This document shows, piece after piece, positions 1-19,333 of a stretch of DNA of 64,000 nucleotides. How positions within the stretch are numbered: the stretch's first letter is position 1; every line of letters starts with the position of its first letter. The position numbers and the translations under genes were made by a program. Location of the stretch: assembly GCF_009914755.1 (NCBI RefSeq), contig NC_060934.1. One strand, 5' to 3'. The DNA comes from the human T2T-CHM13v2.0 reference genome, Homo sapiens. Below the pieces are notes generated by a model. It was not told the origin of the DNA. It made no database searches and saw nothing but the letters and a program-made list of their open reading frames with translations.

Positions 1-538
1 AGGTGGCAAGAGGACCCAATGGTCCCTAGTATAAATGTATTTGCATCTGTTTTTTGCTTGCGTGTGTTTATTTTCTGATTGTGTTTATTTTATACATTTA
101 TATAGATGTATATATTTTTCTTTATATATATTATAGCAATTACACACAATTTCATCATGATGCAATATAGCTATATTAACTATATATTCTATAGAAAATA
201 GATATTTGTGCACATATATGCATACATACATACAAATAAAGCACTATTAGTAGGCCTCAAAAACAGTGTTGTGTGAATACAGTGAGTATATTCTAAGAAC
301 TGGATGGCTGTCTATAAATAAATGACTTAAGCATGCTATTTCTCCCACTCCTACACTTACCAAGATGAAAGGGTTTTCCCAGCTTTTCATTTGAATAAAC
401 TCTTGGAAATGGGATTCTCTTTCTTTGATTATTTCAGGTGGACAAATTTATACCAAAATCGTGGGCTTTTATAATCAATATCTTTATGATTGTTTTTCCT
501 AAATATTATTTTTTTAAAAAAATGTTAAGTTGTATCCC

Positions 539-870
<332 letters not shown>

Positions 871-2673
871 CCTTGCTTGCCTTTTATTTTCCACAAGCAG
901 ATGAAACTCCTCCCCCACAAGCAGATGGAAGAACCTGTGCAGCGTCACTTCAGGGAAGCTACATGGCAGGGTGGAAGTAGAATGGACCTGCGCATTTTTA
1001 AAGCATTTTTTTACTTTGGTTCTTGGAGGACCCAAGGGGCTTGTAAAGAAGAAGAAGTGGGTGGACTGTGAGTTCGTAGCTAAAAGAAGGAGAGAGATGA
1101 CCCAGCAACCTAGAAAAGCAGGAAGAAAGTGTGTGTTCCACCTTCCTCTCCTCTCCAGAATTCTGCAGGGTCTGGAGAAGAACAGAGGGGTCTCCGGCCC
1201 CCAGGAGAGGGCCTAAGCCAGACCCTGCTGAATGCAGAGAGCTATCTGCATGGTGAGTATCCAGGCAGACAGGACATGGGGCGGCTTCACATAGGATTCC
1301 CCCAGTACGGTGACGTGTAGAAGCAGCAGCGAGCCAGCACTCCTGAAAGAGACGCCTGAGGTCAACTCTTCTTTCCTGAAGAGGCTTTGCTCCTGAGGAG
1401 TCCCTGTACTTCTCTTTCTGCCAGAGTAAACCCAGCTCCCACACACTTACTGTCAAGGCAGGTGACAACTCTATAGCATCCCCAGGAATCATCAAAATCA
1501 GAACTGAAGACCCGGAGCATAGGCGGTTGGCTGCTGAGGAACCCCCAACGAAGGCAAGATGGTGGGGTCCTTGCAGACCTCAGGTCTTGCTATTCTCCAG
1601 TGAGGAAGGAGGAGACTCCAAATGGTTGCTATCACCCAGACCTCCTCCCCACAATGTTCATGCAGAGGGGATGAGACAGAAGAGCAACTGGCTGCCTGGC
1701 CACTCACCTCTGATACTTGGCTGTATCCTCCATGTCTCACTCTAGGACTGTTACTCACTTCCTGGTGCTCTGGGACACAGCAGAGAGGGCTGACTGGCTG
1801 TTCCGGAATGAATGGAGATGCCAAAAGCCTATGGAACAGGGTAATATCAGGTGATCTTCCATTCAAGTCCTATCTGGTTGGTACCTCCATGAGATTTTAA
1901 AAGTAGAAAAGATGGGCTTTCTGGAGGTCCATGCACTTCAGCCTGGTCTTTGGATGCAGAGGCCAGCTGGGAAGCTAGCAGTGCTTCTGGCCAAGACTAG
2001 ATCCCTAGCCCAGGGTCTCAGGGCTCTCTGTAGCTTCCTGGCTTGTGCATGTGCAGTTCGTATCTGACATGATAGACTCTCATCACTGCACAAGCTAGGC
2101 TTTAGTTTGGTGACTCCATTCACTGAGTCAGCAGTGTCCAACAGACTTTTTCTGAAGTGGTTTTCTTTGCCTGCCACCTATTTTGGAGTCTAGAAAGCCA
2201 GAACCCTGTTTTCCATGTGTTTTATTCTTATGAGAGAAATCTCATGCACCTGGCTCCTCAAGTACCTCAGGAACAACTGCAGAGTTTTCTCAATCCAGAT
2301 GAAACTGGCTGGAACAAACTTCCTCAGAACTGAGTAGCCTTCAGAGTCTGACCCATTCTCCTGGTTCCTGAAAGCTGTCAATGGTCCTCAGCAGAGACCT
2401 TCCCTGGCCTCACTGTCCCTGCAGCCTTTCACCATCGTGCTCCTCCCGCACTCGCTACTGCCCCCAGCACATGCTGAAGGCTCAGACCTGGCCTTTCTTT
2501 CTCTCTGCACAAAGGCCCTTCTCTACCCATTTAAACAGGACACCACATATGCACTTAAGGGGTTCAAAAGGAGAGCACTGATCCTGATTGCCAGGTTCTG
2601 GGGATGTGGACAACTTTTGCCCTGGAGGGTGACAGCACCTGGGCTGGGTCTGGTTAATGGGTGATGGGCTGGG

Positions 2674-3360
<687 letters not shown>

Positions 3361-3585
3361 CTCTTGTAGCCTTTGTGGCACCCTTCACAGTTAGCAGGTA
3401 GCAAGATGGCCTAGTGCCCCCTAGTATAAATGTATTTGCTCTGTTTTTGTGTTCGTGTGTGTTTATTTTCTGGTTGTATTTATTTTATATATTTATATTT
3501 ATATATGTCTATATGTTTATCTCTATATATTATACACATATGTCTCTATATATGATCTCTATATTTATTGAGGTATAAATATATT

Positions 3586-4134
3586 GTACAGGCCAAGGGC
3601 AAACTTCTCCTTTTCCCTCTAGAGTTTCTCTTAAGTAACATCTGACCAAAGGCAGATTAATCTGAGAAAAAGCATGCAAATGTATTAACATGCACATGAA
3701 TTGTACAGAATATAGAAGCAAAGGGTTGATATTTTATGACATCTTCAGGTAACACAAAGAATAGGGGCATGGATATGGCAAAACAGGGAATGGTGGCAAA
3801 ACCAGTTATCAGAGGAGAAAGAAAGGCCTGGCTAGGAAAGGTGGTCTTGTTATTTACAAGAATCCTCACAGATAGTAGCCCTCAGAGAAAGAGACGGTAA
3901 ATGTTTTTTTTTTCAGACCTCTACAGGTGTCAGACTCTCAGTTGAACTTTCTTACATCCAGACAAGGAAGGGCCTCGGAAGCTTCAATTATGACTCTATC
4001 AATGCAGCTTTTCTATAAAGTTGCAAATCTCATCTGCAAAAGACAACTTTGCAGGGCTTATTCTGATTGCAGGCCCTCTGAAGGGCCATCTCAAAATATG
4101 TCAAATAAGTATATTCTGGGTACAATATTATAGT

Positions 4135-4138
<4 letters not shown>
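3586..4138 (-). mobile_element. Solo ERV1 LTR (MER4 group, MER34/MER39-like)
   Basis: Reverse strand begins GGAAACTATAATATTGTACCCAGAATATACTTATTTGACATATTTTGAGATGG and ends GGAGAAGTTTGCCCTTGGCCTGTACA. Confidence 0.65.

Positions 4139-4176
<38 letters not shown>
4138..4176. repeat. (GT)n microsatellite
   Basis: Perfect GT run. Confidence 0.97.
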
Positions 4177-4178
<2 letters not shown>

Positions 4179-5546
4179 TTGCGCATAGATGATTCTTACT
4201 CCTTTGCATAGAGAAACAGCACTACAATCTGGTAAACAGCACTACGATGTTGTATGCACAAATATCTGTATATCAATGTTTAAATTATTTCCATGTTGAT
4301 GCATATATTCATGTCAGTAGCATCCCCACTTGAGCAAGCGCACTTGAATCCACCACAATGGACCGCCTCAACCACAAGCTGGGCCCTGGCTTGGGGACAG
4401 GCATTATTCATCCAGCTGGGAAGGCAGTGCCCAGCACTCTACCACTGAACTGTTCTTCCTTGTCAACCACCTGTATTGCAGTCCAGGGGGTTTTGTTAAG
4501 CCAGACCCCTGTTTCCCTGCTGCTCACACTAGTGTGAGGTCTCAGGCTCATGGCTGTCCTACTGCCTTTCATCCAGGTATTCCTCAGGCCCGTGAGACCC
4601 TGTCCGAACAGGTTTTCTCAGTCTACGTAGGCTTAGGCATCCAGAAGCTCTCAGGGGCACCCCGCCCAGTCCTCCTCCGCCCCTCTGGCCATGTACCACC
4701 ATAACCCCCCACAACTGCACTGCCCCCAGCGCATTCTGCAAGCTCAGACCCAGCATTTTCTCTTCTCCCAGGAAAGCCTCTTCTTCACCCACCGGATGTG
4801 GGACAACATCGAGTACCTTACGTACTCAAAACATGGGCGCCTAGTCTCATTGAGAGGTTCTGGAGGTGTGGGCAGCTTTTCCAACAGAGGGCAACAGCCA
4901 ATGGGCTTGTTCTGGTTAAAGGCCAATGGCCAGGTATTTGCCAACTATAAAATGTCTTATAAAACTGGCAGAAAAAGACTCTGTGGGCTTTTTGGCTCCC
5001 TGTGCTACCACAAGGTGGCAGAAAAGCACAGTGTCTCCCAGGGAACATGGAAGTGCATCTGTGTGTTTGTGTGTGTGCGCGCGCATGTGTGTGTGTTATG
5101 TGAGATCCTCCAGGGAACTTGGAAGTGCATCTGTGTGTGTGTGTATGTGCATGTGTGTGTGTGAGAGTGTGTGCGTGTTTATGTGAGATCCTCCAGGGAA
5201 TGTGGAATTGCATCTGCGGTGGGGTGGGGGGACATGTGTGATTATATGAGATTTGGGGATTATGTTTTTTTAATAAATAAATATTTGTCTTTATAGATAC
5301 AGAGAAATACATGTTCATACATGTAATTACATGTAGTCTCTCTAGTTATATATACATAAGTTGCTGCTAACCTCCATGAAGAAACACCACCTCAGAATAA
5401 AAGACAGCATCACATAGTTTATGTGTAAACATCTCTATTTTATTTATTTACTTATATGTTTACCATATATTTACATATGGTATATATTACTTTATATAGT
5501 AAAAAATATACACATTATCCTTGAGGAATAATGTGTGTATTTTTAA

Positions 5547-5890
5547 CTATGCAGCCATAAAAAAGGATGAATTCATGTCCTTTGCAGGGACATGGATGAA
5601 GCTGGAAACCATCATTCTTAGCAAACTAACACAAGAACAGAAAACCAAACACCGCATGCTCTCACTCATAAGTGGGAGTTGAACAATGAGAACACATGGA
5701 CACAGGGAGGGGAACATCACACACCGGGGCCTGTCAGGGGTTGGGCTGCTAGAGGAGGGATAGCATGAGCAGAAATACCTAATGTAGATGGTGGGTTGAT
5801 GGGTGCAGCAAACCTCCATGGCACGTGTATAACTACGTAAGAAACCTGCATGTTCTGCACATGTACCCCAGAACTTTAAGCATAATTCTA
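5547..5890 (+). mobile_element. L1PA 3'-end fragment
   Basis: ACTATGCAGCCATAAAAAAGGATGA...GCACATGTACCCCAGAACTT L1 3' UTR. Confidence 0.9.
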
Positions 5891-6311
5891 TATCTATATA
5901 TATATACACACATTAACGCGTGGGTATATCGGTTTATTTCTAGTTATATTTTGGCTGGCGCCCTCTATGTGTAAAACACTCTGATTGACAGACTGAGCCT
6001 CACTGTTTCTCCAGATCAGTGATTTTAAAACCCTGGGACCCCACCCAGTGTTGATCTTCTGGTCCAGCAGGAAGATGCAGCTGCACACTGGACTTCGAGC
6101 ACCAGGACCATTTCCTCCCTTCGTGGTTGGGAGAAGTCAGTCTCCCACCAAAGGAGAGGTCAGAGAGTGTTGCCTGGCTGTTTTAGGGAAAAGAGAGATT
6201 TCAAAAGACTGCAGGACCCAGTACAATTCATTAGTATTTCATTCCAGTCCTATCTAGCCGCTACCTACCTGAGCTTCTAAGAAGAGATGAGGATACTATG
6301 GGCTAGCACAG

Positions 6312-7412
6312 TGAAGTAAATACAAATATTTCACCCCACTTTTAAAGGAACCTCTACCATCTACCCTCTCTGAGGGCTGTTGGCTGTAAAGTATCATCTA
6401 TATAACAAGACCTCATTTGCAAGCCGGGCCTTCTCTTCTCTCTTATAGCCTGCCTTGCCACTATAACCTGATCTTGCCATCACTTGTTTCTGGCCATGCC
6501 GTGAGCCCCCATTGTTTCCGTGGCCTCTAGGTGGTAGCTGTGCTAAGCACTATTGGAGGTTGGGGTCAGCACTTTGTGGTTCTCCCTTGCGCACATCAAT
6601 AGCCCTGCATGCCATTTCTCCTCTTAATCTGCACTTGGCCAGTCGATTTTTCAGTGAAACTTTAGAGCGCAAAGGGGAAGTGTTCCCTTGTGCTCTATCA
6701 TTTTGCGGCTGTGAGCAGAATACCGAAACCTGCTCTTCCGGAAGCTGCAGCCAAGGGAACCCAGGACCAGAGCAGCTGGCAGAAGAGTAAGAAATCCTTA
6801 TCAGCCAGGCTGCCGGCCTCTGTGTGGAATCTGTTTGAGCAGATGGTGAAAATTGTTGTCTTTTATTTCTCCATAAAATCTTGATTAGTGGAAGAAAAAG
6901 ATTTGTGTGACTAGTAGTGCATGTAGCGACTCTTGTGTAGTCTTTGGCATGAATAATCATGTTGTTTGATCCCTTTTCCTCCTAGAAATAGTCTCTCACT
7001 CTCTGTTTGTCTCTCTGGGTTGTACTGTCACAAAGAAGGGCACCTCAGAATAGAACAGGGGTCCAGAACCCCTAGAAACACGATTTCGAGCCACCTCTGA
7101 AGACTGGTCAGATTTATGGCTCTGATCAGACTGGTGTCTATTCAGGCAAACTTTACTATTTGTTCCCCAAATAAAACCACATGAAGTTCCCCTCTGATCT
7201 TGTTTCATGTCCTTGAGAGCTTGGCTTTTAACCAAGTGGGAGCACAGTTGGTCTCCACCATCTGAGAAGTGTGATGTTTGGGTCCCATCCAGTGGCCAGT
7301 CTAAAATTGGCTGGGGACCTCAGACGTGTAAGATTTTAGGCAGCACATTTTTTGTTCCAAATGTGTCAAGCTCTCAGGAGAGTTTGTCTTAAGAAGTTCT
7401 ATCCCTATGGGG
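6312..7412 (+). mobile_element. Old ERV1 MER4-group element (LTR ~6312-6700 plus start of internal region), split by the HERV-K insertion
   Basis: LTR-like end TTTCAGTGAAACTTTAGAGCGCAAAGGGGAAGTGTTCCCTTG..CA followed by degenerate PBS/leader; continues after 16598; subfamily not resolved. Confidence 0.65.
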
Positions 7413-8380
7413 TGTGGGGAAAAGCAAGAGAGATCAGATTGTTACTGTGTCTGTGTAGAAAGAAGTAGACATAGGAGACTCCATTTTGTTATGTACTAAG
7501 AAAAATTCTTCTGCCTTGAGATTCTGTTAATCTATGACCTTACCCCCAACCCCGTGCTCTCTGAAACATGTGCTGTGTCAACTCAGAGTTGAATGGATTA
7601 AGGGCGGTGCAGGATGTGCTTTGTTAAACAGATGCTTGAAGGCAGCATGCTCCTTAAGAGTCATCACCACTCCCTAATCTCAAGTACCCAGGGACACAAA
7701 AACTGCGGAAGGCCGCAGGGACCTCTGCCTAGGAAAGCCAGGTATTGTCCAAGGTTTCTCCCCATGTGATAGTCTGAAATATGGCCTCGTGGGAAGGGAA
7801 AGACCTGACCGTCCCCCAGCCCGACACCCGTAAAGGGTCTGTGCTGAGGAGGATTAGTAAAAGAGGAAGGAATGCCTCTTGCAGTTGAGACAAGAGGAAG
7901 GCATCTGTCTCCTGCCTGTCCCTGGGCAATGGAATGTCTCGGTATAAAACCCGATTGTATGCTCCATCTACTGAGATAGGGAAAAACCGCCTTAGGGCTG
8001 GAGGTGGGACCTGCGGGCAGCGATACTGCTTTGTAAAGCATTGAGATGTTTATGTGTATGCATATCTAAAAGCACAGCACTTAATCCTTTACATTGTCTA
8101 TGATGCAAAGACCTTTGTTCACCTGTTTGTCTGCTGACCCTCTCCCCACAATTGTCTTGTGACCCTGACACATCCCCCTCTTCGAGAAACACCCACGGAT
8201 GATCAATAAATATTAAGGGAACTCAGAGGCTGGCGGGATCCTCCATATGCTGAACGCTGGTTCCCCGGGTCCCCTTCTTTCTTTCTCTATACTTTGTCTC
8301 TGTGTCTTTTTCTTTTCCAAATCTCTCGTCCCACCTTACGAGAAACACCCACAGGTGTGTAGGGGCAACCCACCCCTACA
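7413..8380 (+). repeat. 5' LTR (LTR5_Hs), 968 bp
   Basis: Starts TGTGGGGAAAAGCAAGAGAG and ends CACCCCTACA; TATAAAA at 7943-7949, OCT4-type ATGCAAAG at 8103-8110, AATAAA at 8205-8210. Confidence 0.97.
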
Positions 8381-8382
8381 TC

Positions 8383-8400
8383 TGGCGCCCAACGTGGGGC
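8383..8400 (+). promoter_or_regulatory. Primer binding site for tRNA-Lys(CUU) (Lys1,2)
   Basis: TGGCGCCCAACGTGGGGC begins after a 2-nt spacer following the LTR; 18-nt complement of the tRNA-Lys(CUU) 3' end. Confidence 0.95.
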
Positions 8401-8484
8401 TTTTCTCTAGGGTGAAGGTACGCTCGAGCGTGGTCATTGAGGACAAGTCGACGAGAGATCCCGAGTACGTCTACAGTCAGCCTT

Positions 8485-8493
8485 ACGGTAAGC
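8485..8493 (+). promoter_or_regulatory. Major proviral splice donor (ACG|GTAAGC)
   Basis: Consensus donor at the usual HML-2 leader position upstream of gag. Confidence 0.85.
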
Positions 8494-10324
8494 TTGTGCG
8501 CTCGGAAGAAGCTAGGGTGATAATGGGGCAAACTAAAAGTAAAATTAAAAGTAAATATGCCTCTTATCTCAGCTTTATTAAAATTCTTTTAAAAAGAGGG
8601 GGAGTTAAAGTATCTACAAAAAATCTAATCAAGCTATTTCAAATAATAGAACAATTTTGCCCATGGTTTCCAGAACAAGGAACTTTAGATCTAAAAGATT
8701 GGAAAAGAATTGGTAAGGAACTAAAACAAGCAGGTAGGAAGGGTAATATCATTCCACTTACAGTATGGAATGATTGGGCCATTATTAAAGCAGCTTTAGA
8801 ACCATTTCAAACAGAAGAAGATAGCGTTTCAGTTTCTGATGCCCCTGGAAGCTGTTTAATAGATTGTAATGAAAACACAAGGAAAAAATCCCAGAAAGAA
8901 ACCGAAAGTTTACATTGCGAATATGTAGCAGAGCCGGTAATGGCTCAGTCAACGCAAAATGTTGACTATAATCAATTACAGGAGGTGATATATCCTGAAA
9001 CGTTAAAATTAGAAGGAAAAGGTCCAGAATTAGTGGGGCCATCAGAGTCTAAACCACGAGGCACAAGTCCTCTTCCAGCAGGTCAGGTGCCCGTAAGATT
9101 ACAACCTCAAAAGCAGGTTAAAGAAAATAAGACCCAACCGCCAGTAGCCTATCAATACTGGCCGCCAGCTGAACTTCAGTATCGGCCACCCCCAGAAAGT
9201 CAGTATGGATATCCAGGAATGCCCCCAGCACCACAGGGCAGGGCGCCATACCCTCAGCCGCCCACTAGGAGACTTAATCCTACGGCACCACCTAGTAGAC
9301 AGGGTAGTGAATTACATGAAATTATTGATAAATCAAGAAAGGAAGGAGATACTGAGGCATGGCAATTCCCAATAACGTTAGAACCGATGCCACCTGGAGA
9401 AGGAGCCCAAGAGGGAGAGCCTCCCACAGTTGAGGCCAGATACAAGTCTTTTTCGATAAAAATGCTAAAAGATATGAAAGAGGGAGTAAAACAGTATGGA
9501 CCCAACTCCCCTTATATGAGGACATTATTAGATTCCATTGCTTATGGACATAGACTCATTCCTTATGATTGGGAGATTCTGGCAAAATCGTCTCTCTCAC
9601 CCTCTCAATTTTTACAATTTAAGACTTGGTGGATTGATGGGGTACAAGAACAGGTCCGAAGAAATAGGGCTGCCAATCCTCCAGTTAACATAGATGCAGA
9701 TCAACTATTAGGAATAGGTCAAAATTGGAGTACTATTAGTCAACAAGCATTAATGCAAAATGAGGCCATTGAGCAAGTTAGAGCTATCTGCCTTAGAGCC
9801 TGGGAAAAAATCCAAGACCCAGGAAGTACCTGCCCCTCATTTAATACAGTAAGACAAGGTTCAAAAGAGCCCTATCCTGATTTTGTGGCAAGGCTCCAAG
9901 ATGTTGCTCAAAAGTCAATTGCCGATGAAAAAGCCCGTAAGGTCATAGTGGAGTTGATGGCATATGAAAACGCCAATCCTGAGTGTCAATCAGCCATTAA
10001 GCCATTAAAAGGAAAGGTTCCTGCAGGATCAGATGTAATCTCAGAATATGTAAAAGCCTGTGATGGAATCGGAGGAGCTATGCATAAAGCTATGCTTATG
10101 GCTCAAGCAATAACAGGAGTTGTTTTAGGAGGACAAGTTAGAACATTTGGAGGAAAATGTTACAATTGTGGTCAAATTGGTCACTTAAAAAAGAATTGCC
10201 CAGTCTTAAACAAACAGAATATAACTATTCAAGCAACTACAACAGGTAGAGAGCCACCTGACTTATGTCCAAGATGTAAAAAAGGAAAACATTGGGCTAG
10301 TCAATGTCGTTCTAAATTTGATAA

Positions 10325-15711
<5,387 letters not shown>

Positions 15712-16598
15712 GAAAAATTCTTCTGCCTTGAGATTCTGTTAATCTATGACCTTACCCCCAACCCCGTGCTCTCTGAAACATGTGCTGTGTCAACTCAGAG
15801 TTGAATGGATTAAGGGCGGTGCAGGATGTGCTTTGTTAAACAGATGCTTGAAGGCAGCATGCTCCTTAAGAGTCATCACCACTCCCTAATCTCAAGTACC
15901 CAGGGACACAAAAACTGCGGAAGGCCGCAGGGACCTCTGCCTAGGAAAGCCAGGTATTGTCCAAGGTTTCTCCCCATGTGATAGTCTGAAATATGGCCTC
16001 GTGGGAAGGGAAAGACCTGACCGTCCCCCAGCCCGACACCCGTAAAGGGTCTGTGCTGAGGAGGATTAGTAAAAGAGGAAGGAATGCCTCTTGCAGTTGA
16101 GACAAGAGGAAGGCATCTGTCTCCTGCCTGTCCCTGGGCAATGGAATGTCTCGGTATAAAACCCGATTGTATGCTCCATCTACTGAGATAGGGAAAAACC
16201 GCCTTAGGGCTGGAGGTGGGACCTGCGGGCAGCAATACTGCTTTGTAAAGCATTGAGATGTTTATGTGTATGCATATCTAAAAGCACAGCACTTAATCCT
16301 TTACATTGTCTATGATGCAAAGACCTTTGTTCACGTGTTTGTCTGCTGACCCTCTCCCCACAATTGTCTTGTGACCCTGACACATCCCCCTCTTCGAGAA
16401 ACACCCACGGATGATCAATAAATATTAAGGGAACTCAGAGGCTGGCGGGATCCTCCATATGCTGAACGCTGGTTCCCCGGGTCCCCTTCTTTCTTTCTCT
16501 ATACTTTGTCTCTGTGTCTTTTTCTTTTCCAAATCTCTCGTCCCACCTTACGAGAAACACCCACAGGTGTGTAGGGGCAACCCACCCCTACAATGGGG

Positions 16599-17935
16599 CT
16601 TTTCTCATATGAACCCTTGTTGCCCGGTTAGTCCTGGGAAAGTACACTTTCAGGAGGGCCTCCCTGGTATCGCAGATTAAGGTGCCCGTGATTGGCAGTC
16701 CCCCAGTAATTTGTGGGTTACAGGAGGTACTGTATGCACAAACACCATCCTTAACCATCTGTGGCAACAAGAGCTCTTGCCATCTTAAGCCTGTTTCTGA
16801 GAATAAATTTTTTGAGGCTCACTGGGGCTCTCTCATCTATGCTGTCTCCAGGAATACCTATTGCTTATATGGTTATATGTGGTGAAAGTTTTTCTAAACC
16901 TGTAAAATTGCCTTGTAGGCTTTTCATGAACAGGCTTGTTGGACTAAGTCACTATTGAAATAAGATCACCATTGGAAATTCTAATCATTAGTGGTTAGAA
17001 AACTGATCCTTCATGTCAGAAAGACTCCTAAATTTAGAAAAAGAGATCTCTTATTCTAAACAATTGCCTCATTTGTATTTATGGAAAGATTAACTTAAAA
17101 TAAAGACTCATGGTGGTTTCATGGCTAGCCTTAGAAATTCTTTTGACAAAATTAAAGAATGAAAATCTGGCCCAAAGCAAAGTTTAAAGTTTTCATATGC
17201 TCAGAGTGCCTGCTGTGAATCTCCTGCAGAATTTGCAGTGCTGGCCACTGCACCTTGCAGCCTGGTTAAAATTCCATCCTTTCACTGCCGTAGCCTGGGT
17301 TTGAGTCCTGGTGGGGAATTAGTCACTTTGGTTGGATATTTATGTGATTTTTATCTTTTGGGGGACCATTTGTTATCCATCCTTTTCCCTCCAATGGACA
17401 TATTTTTTTTTACTTTTATTTCAGGTTCAGTGTGTACATGTGCTGTTTTGCTACATGGGTGAATTATACGTCACTGGGGTTTGGTGTACAAATGATTTCA
17501 TCACCCAGGTAGTGAGCATAGGTAGTTTTTTTAACCCTCACCATTCTCCTCCCCTCCCTTTTCAAGTGGGTCCCAGTGTCTATTGTTCCCATCTTTTTAT
17601 TTCTGGTATTTTTTTGTCTGTGGGGGCACACAGAGATTTAGGGCCTTTGTGTGTAGATGGCCAGCTGAGAAGTTGACGCCCTAGAGGATACGGCTGAACA
17701 GATGTGAGTTGTATCCTATTTGCAGGTAGCAAAACTTTCCTTTCCTTGGGCTGTCTTTGGGGTGGTTCTGGATCTTGTGAGGACTGGTCTGCACCTCTTT
17801 GGAGATTCTGTGTGCAACCTCAATTAAGCCATAACCTTGGTTAAGGCTTACTGAAGTTGGTGAGTCACTTGAAGGAGTACCACTGGCTTAAAAAGGTTCA
17901 AAGCCAGGAATATTAGCTGCTTGCCCTGGCTAAAA
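16599..17935 (+). mobile_element. Continuation of the ERV1 MER4-group internal sequence, containing a short antisense L1 fragment (~17400-17600)
   Basis: Sequence is contiguous across the ATGGGG TSD; includes a tRNA-Glu-like stretch; L1 3'-end motifs on the minus strand at 17400-17600. Confidence 0.55.
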
Positions 17936-18762
17936 AGACAGGCAGTAACAAATGCTGGCGAGGATGTGGAGGACAGGGAACCCTTGGACACTGTTTGTGG
18001 GAACGTAGTTTAATGCAACCACTGTGGAGAACAGTTTGGAGGTTCCTCAAAAAACAAAAAATTGATCTACCATAAGAATCAGCAATCCCACAGCTGGGTA
18101 TACATCTAAAAGAAAGGAAGCCAGTATATCAAAAAGATATCTGCACTCCTATGTTTGTTGTAGGACTGTTTACAATAGCTAAGATTTAAAAACAACCTAA
18201 GTGTCCATCAGCAGATGAATGGATAAAAAAAAGTGGTACTTATACAAAACAGAGTACTATTCAGCCTTAAAAAGAGTGAGATCCTGTCATTTGCAGCAAC
18301 ATAGGTGGACCTGGAAATAATTAAGTGAAATAAGCCAGGCACAGAAAGACAAACATCACATATTCTCACTTAATTGTGAGATCTAAAAATCAAAACAACT
18401 GAACTCATGAACAGAGAGCACAGACGGATGGTTACCAGAGACTGGGAATGGTAGTGGAGAGCTTGGGAGGTGGGCATGGTGAATGGGTAAAAAAGAAGTT
18501 CAGAAAAATAAGTAAGACTTACTATTTGATAGCACATCAGGGTGACTATAGTCAATAATAACTTAGTTGTACATTTTAAAATGACTTCAAGAATGTGACT
18601 GAATTGTTTGTAACCCAAAGGGTAAATGCTTGAGGGAATGGATACCCCATTCTCCATGATGTGCTCATTTCACATTGCATATCATCAAACCATCTCATGA
18701 ATCTTATATACACCTACTGTGTACCCACAAAAGTTAAAAACGAAAAATAATAAAAGAAAAAT
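17935..18762 (+). mobile_element. Older L1 (L1MA-type) 3' fragment
   Basis: ORF2 end/3' UTR motifs (ACAAATGCTGGCGAGGATGTGGAG, GTGACTATAGTCAATAATAAC, GTACCCACAAAA). Confidence 0.8.
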
Positions 18763-19008
18763 AGTCTAATCATAATTTGCAGACAACAGTTGTTTTCTGA
18801 CACCACTAAATCACTGTCTCAACTAAATACAAAATATACACAAAGTAGGTATAAAGCTTATACGTATTTGCTATTTCTGCATACAACAAAATCAATCAAT
18901 TAGCAACATCTTATACATTATTACAGGGATGGATGTATTTTAGAAATACCTCTGCTAATCCTAGAAATGTTCCAACTCTTGTAGAAAAGAGAGCAGCTAT
19001 CAGATTAA

Positions 19009-19333
<325 letters not shown>

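Noticed and set aside
7664-8192. Antisense ORFs in the 5' LTR, duplicated at 15876-16404
   Set aside because: They are duplicated only because the LTRs are duplicated; non-ATG or weak starts and no known product
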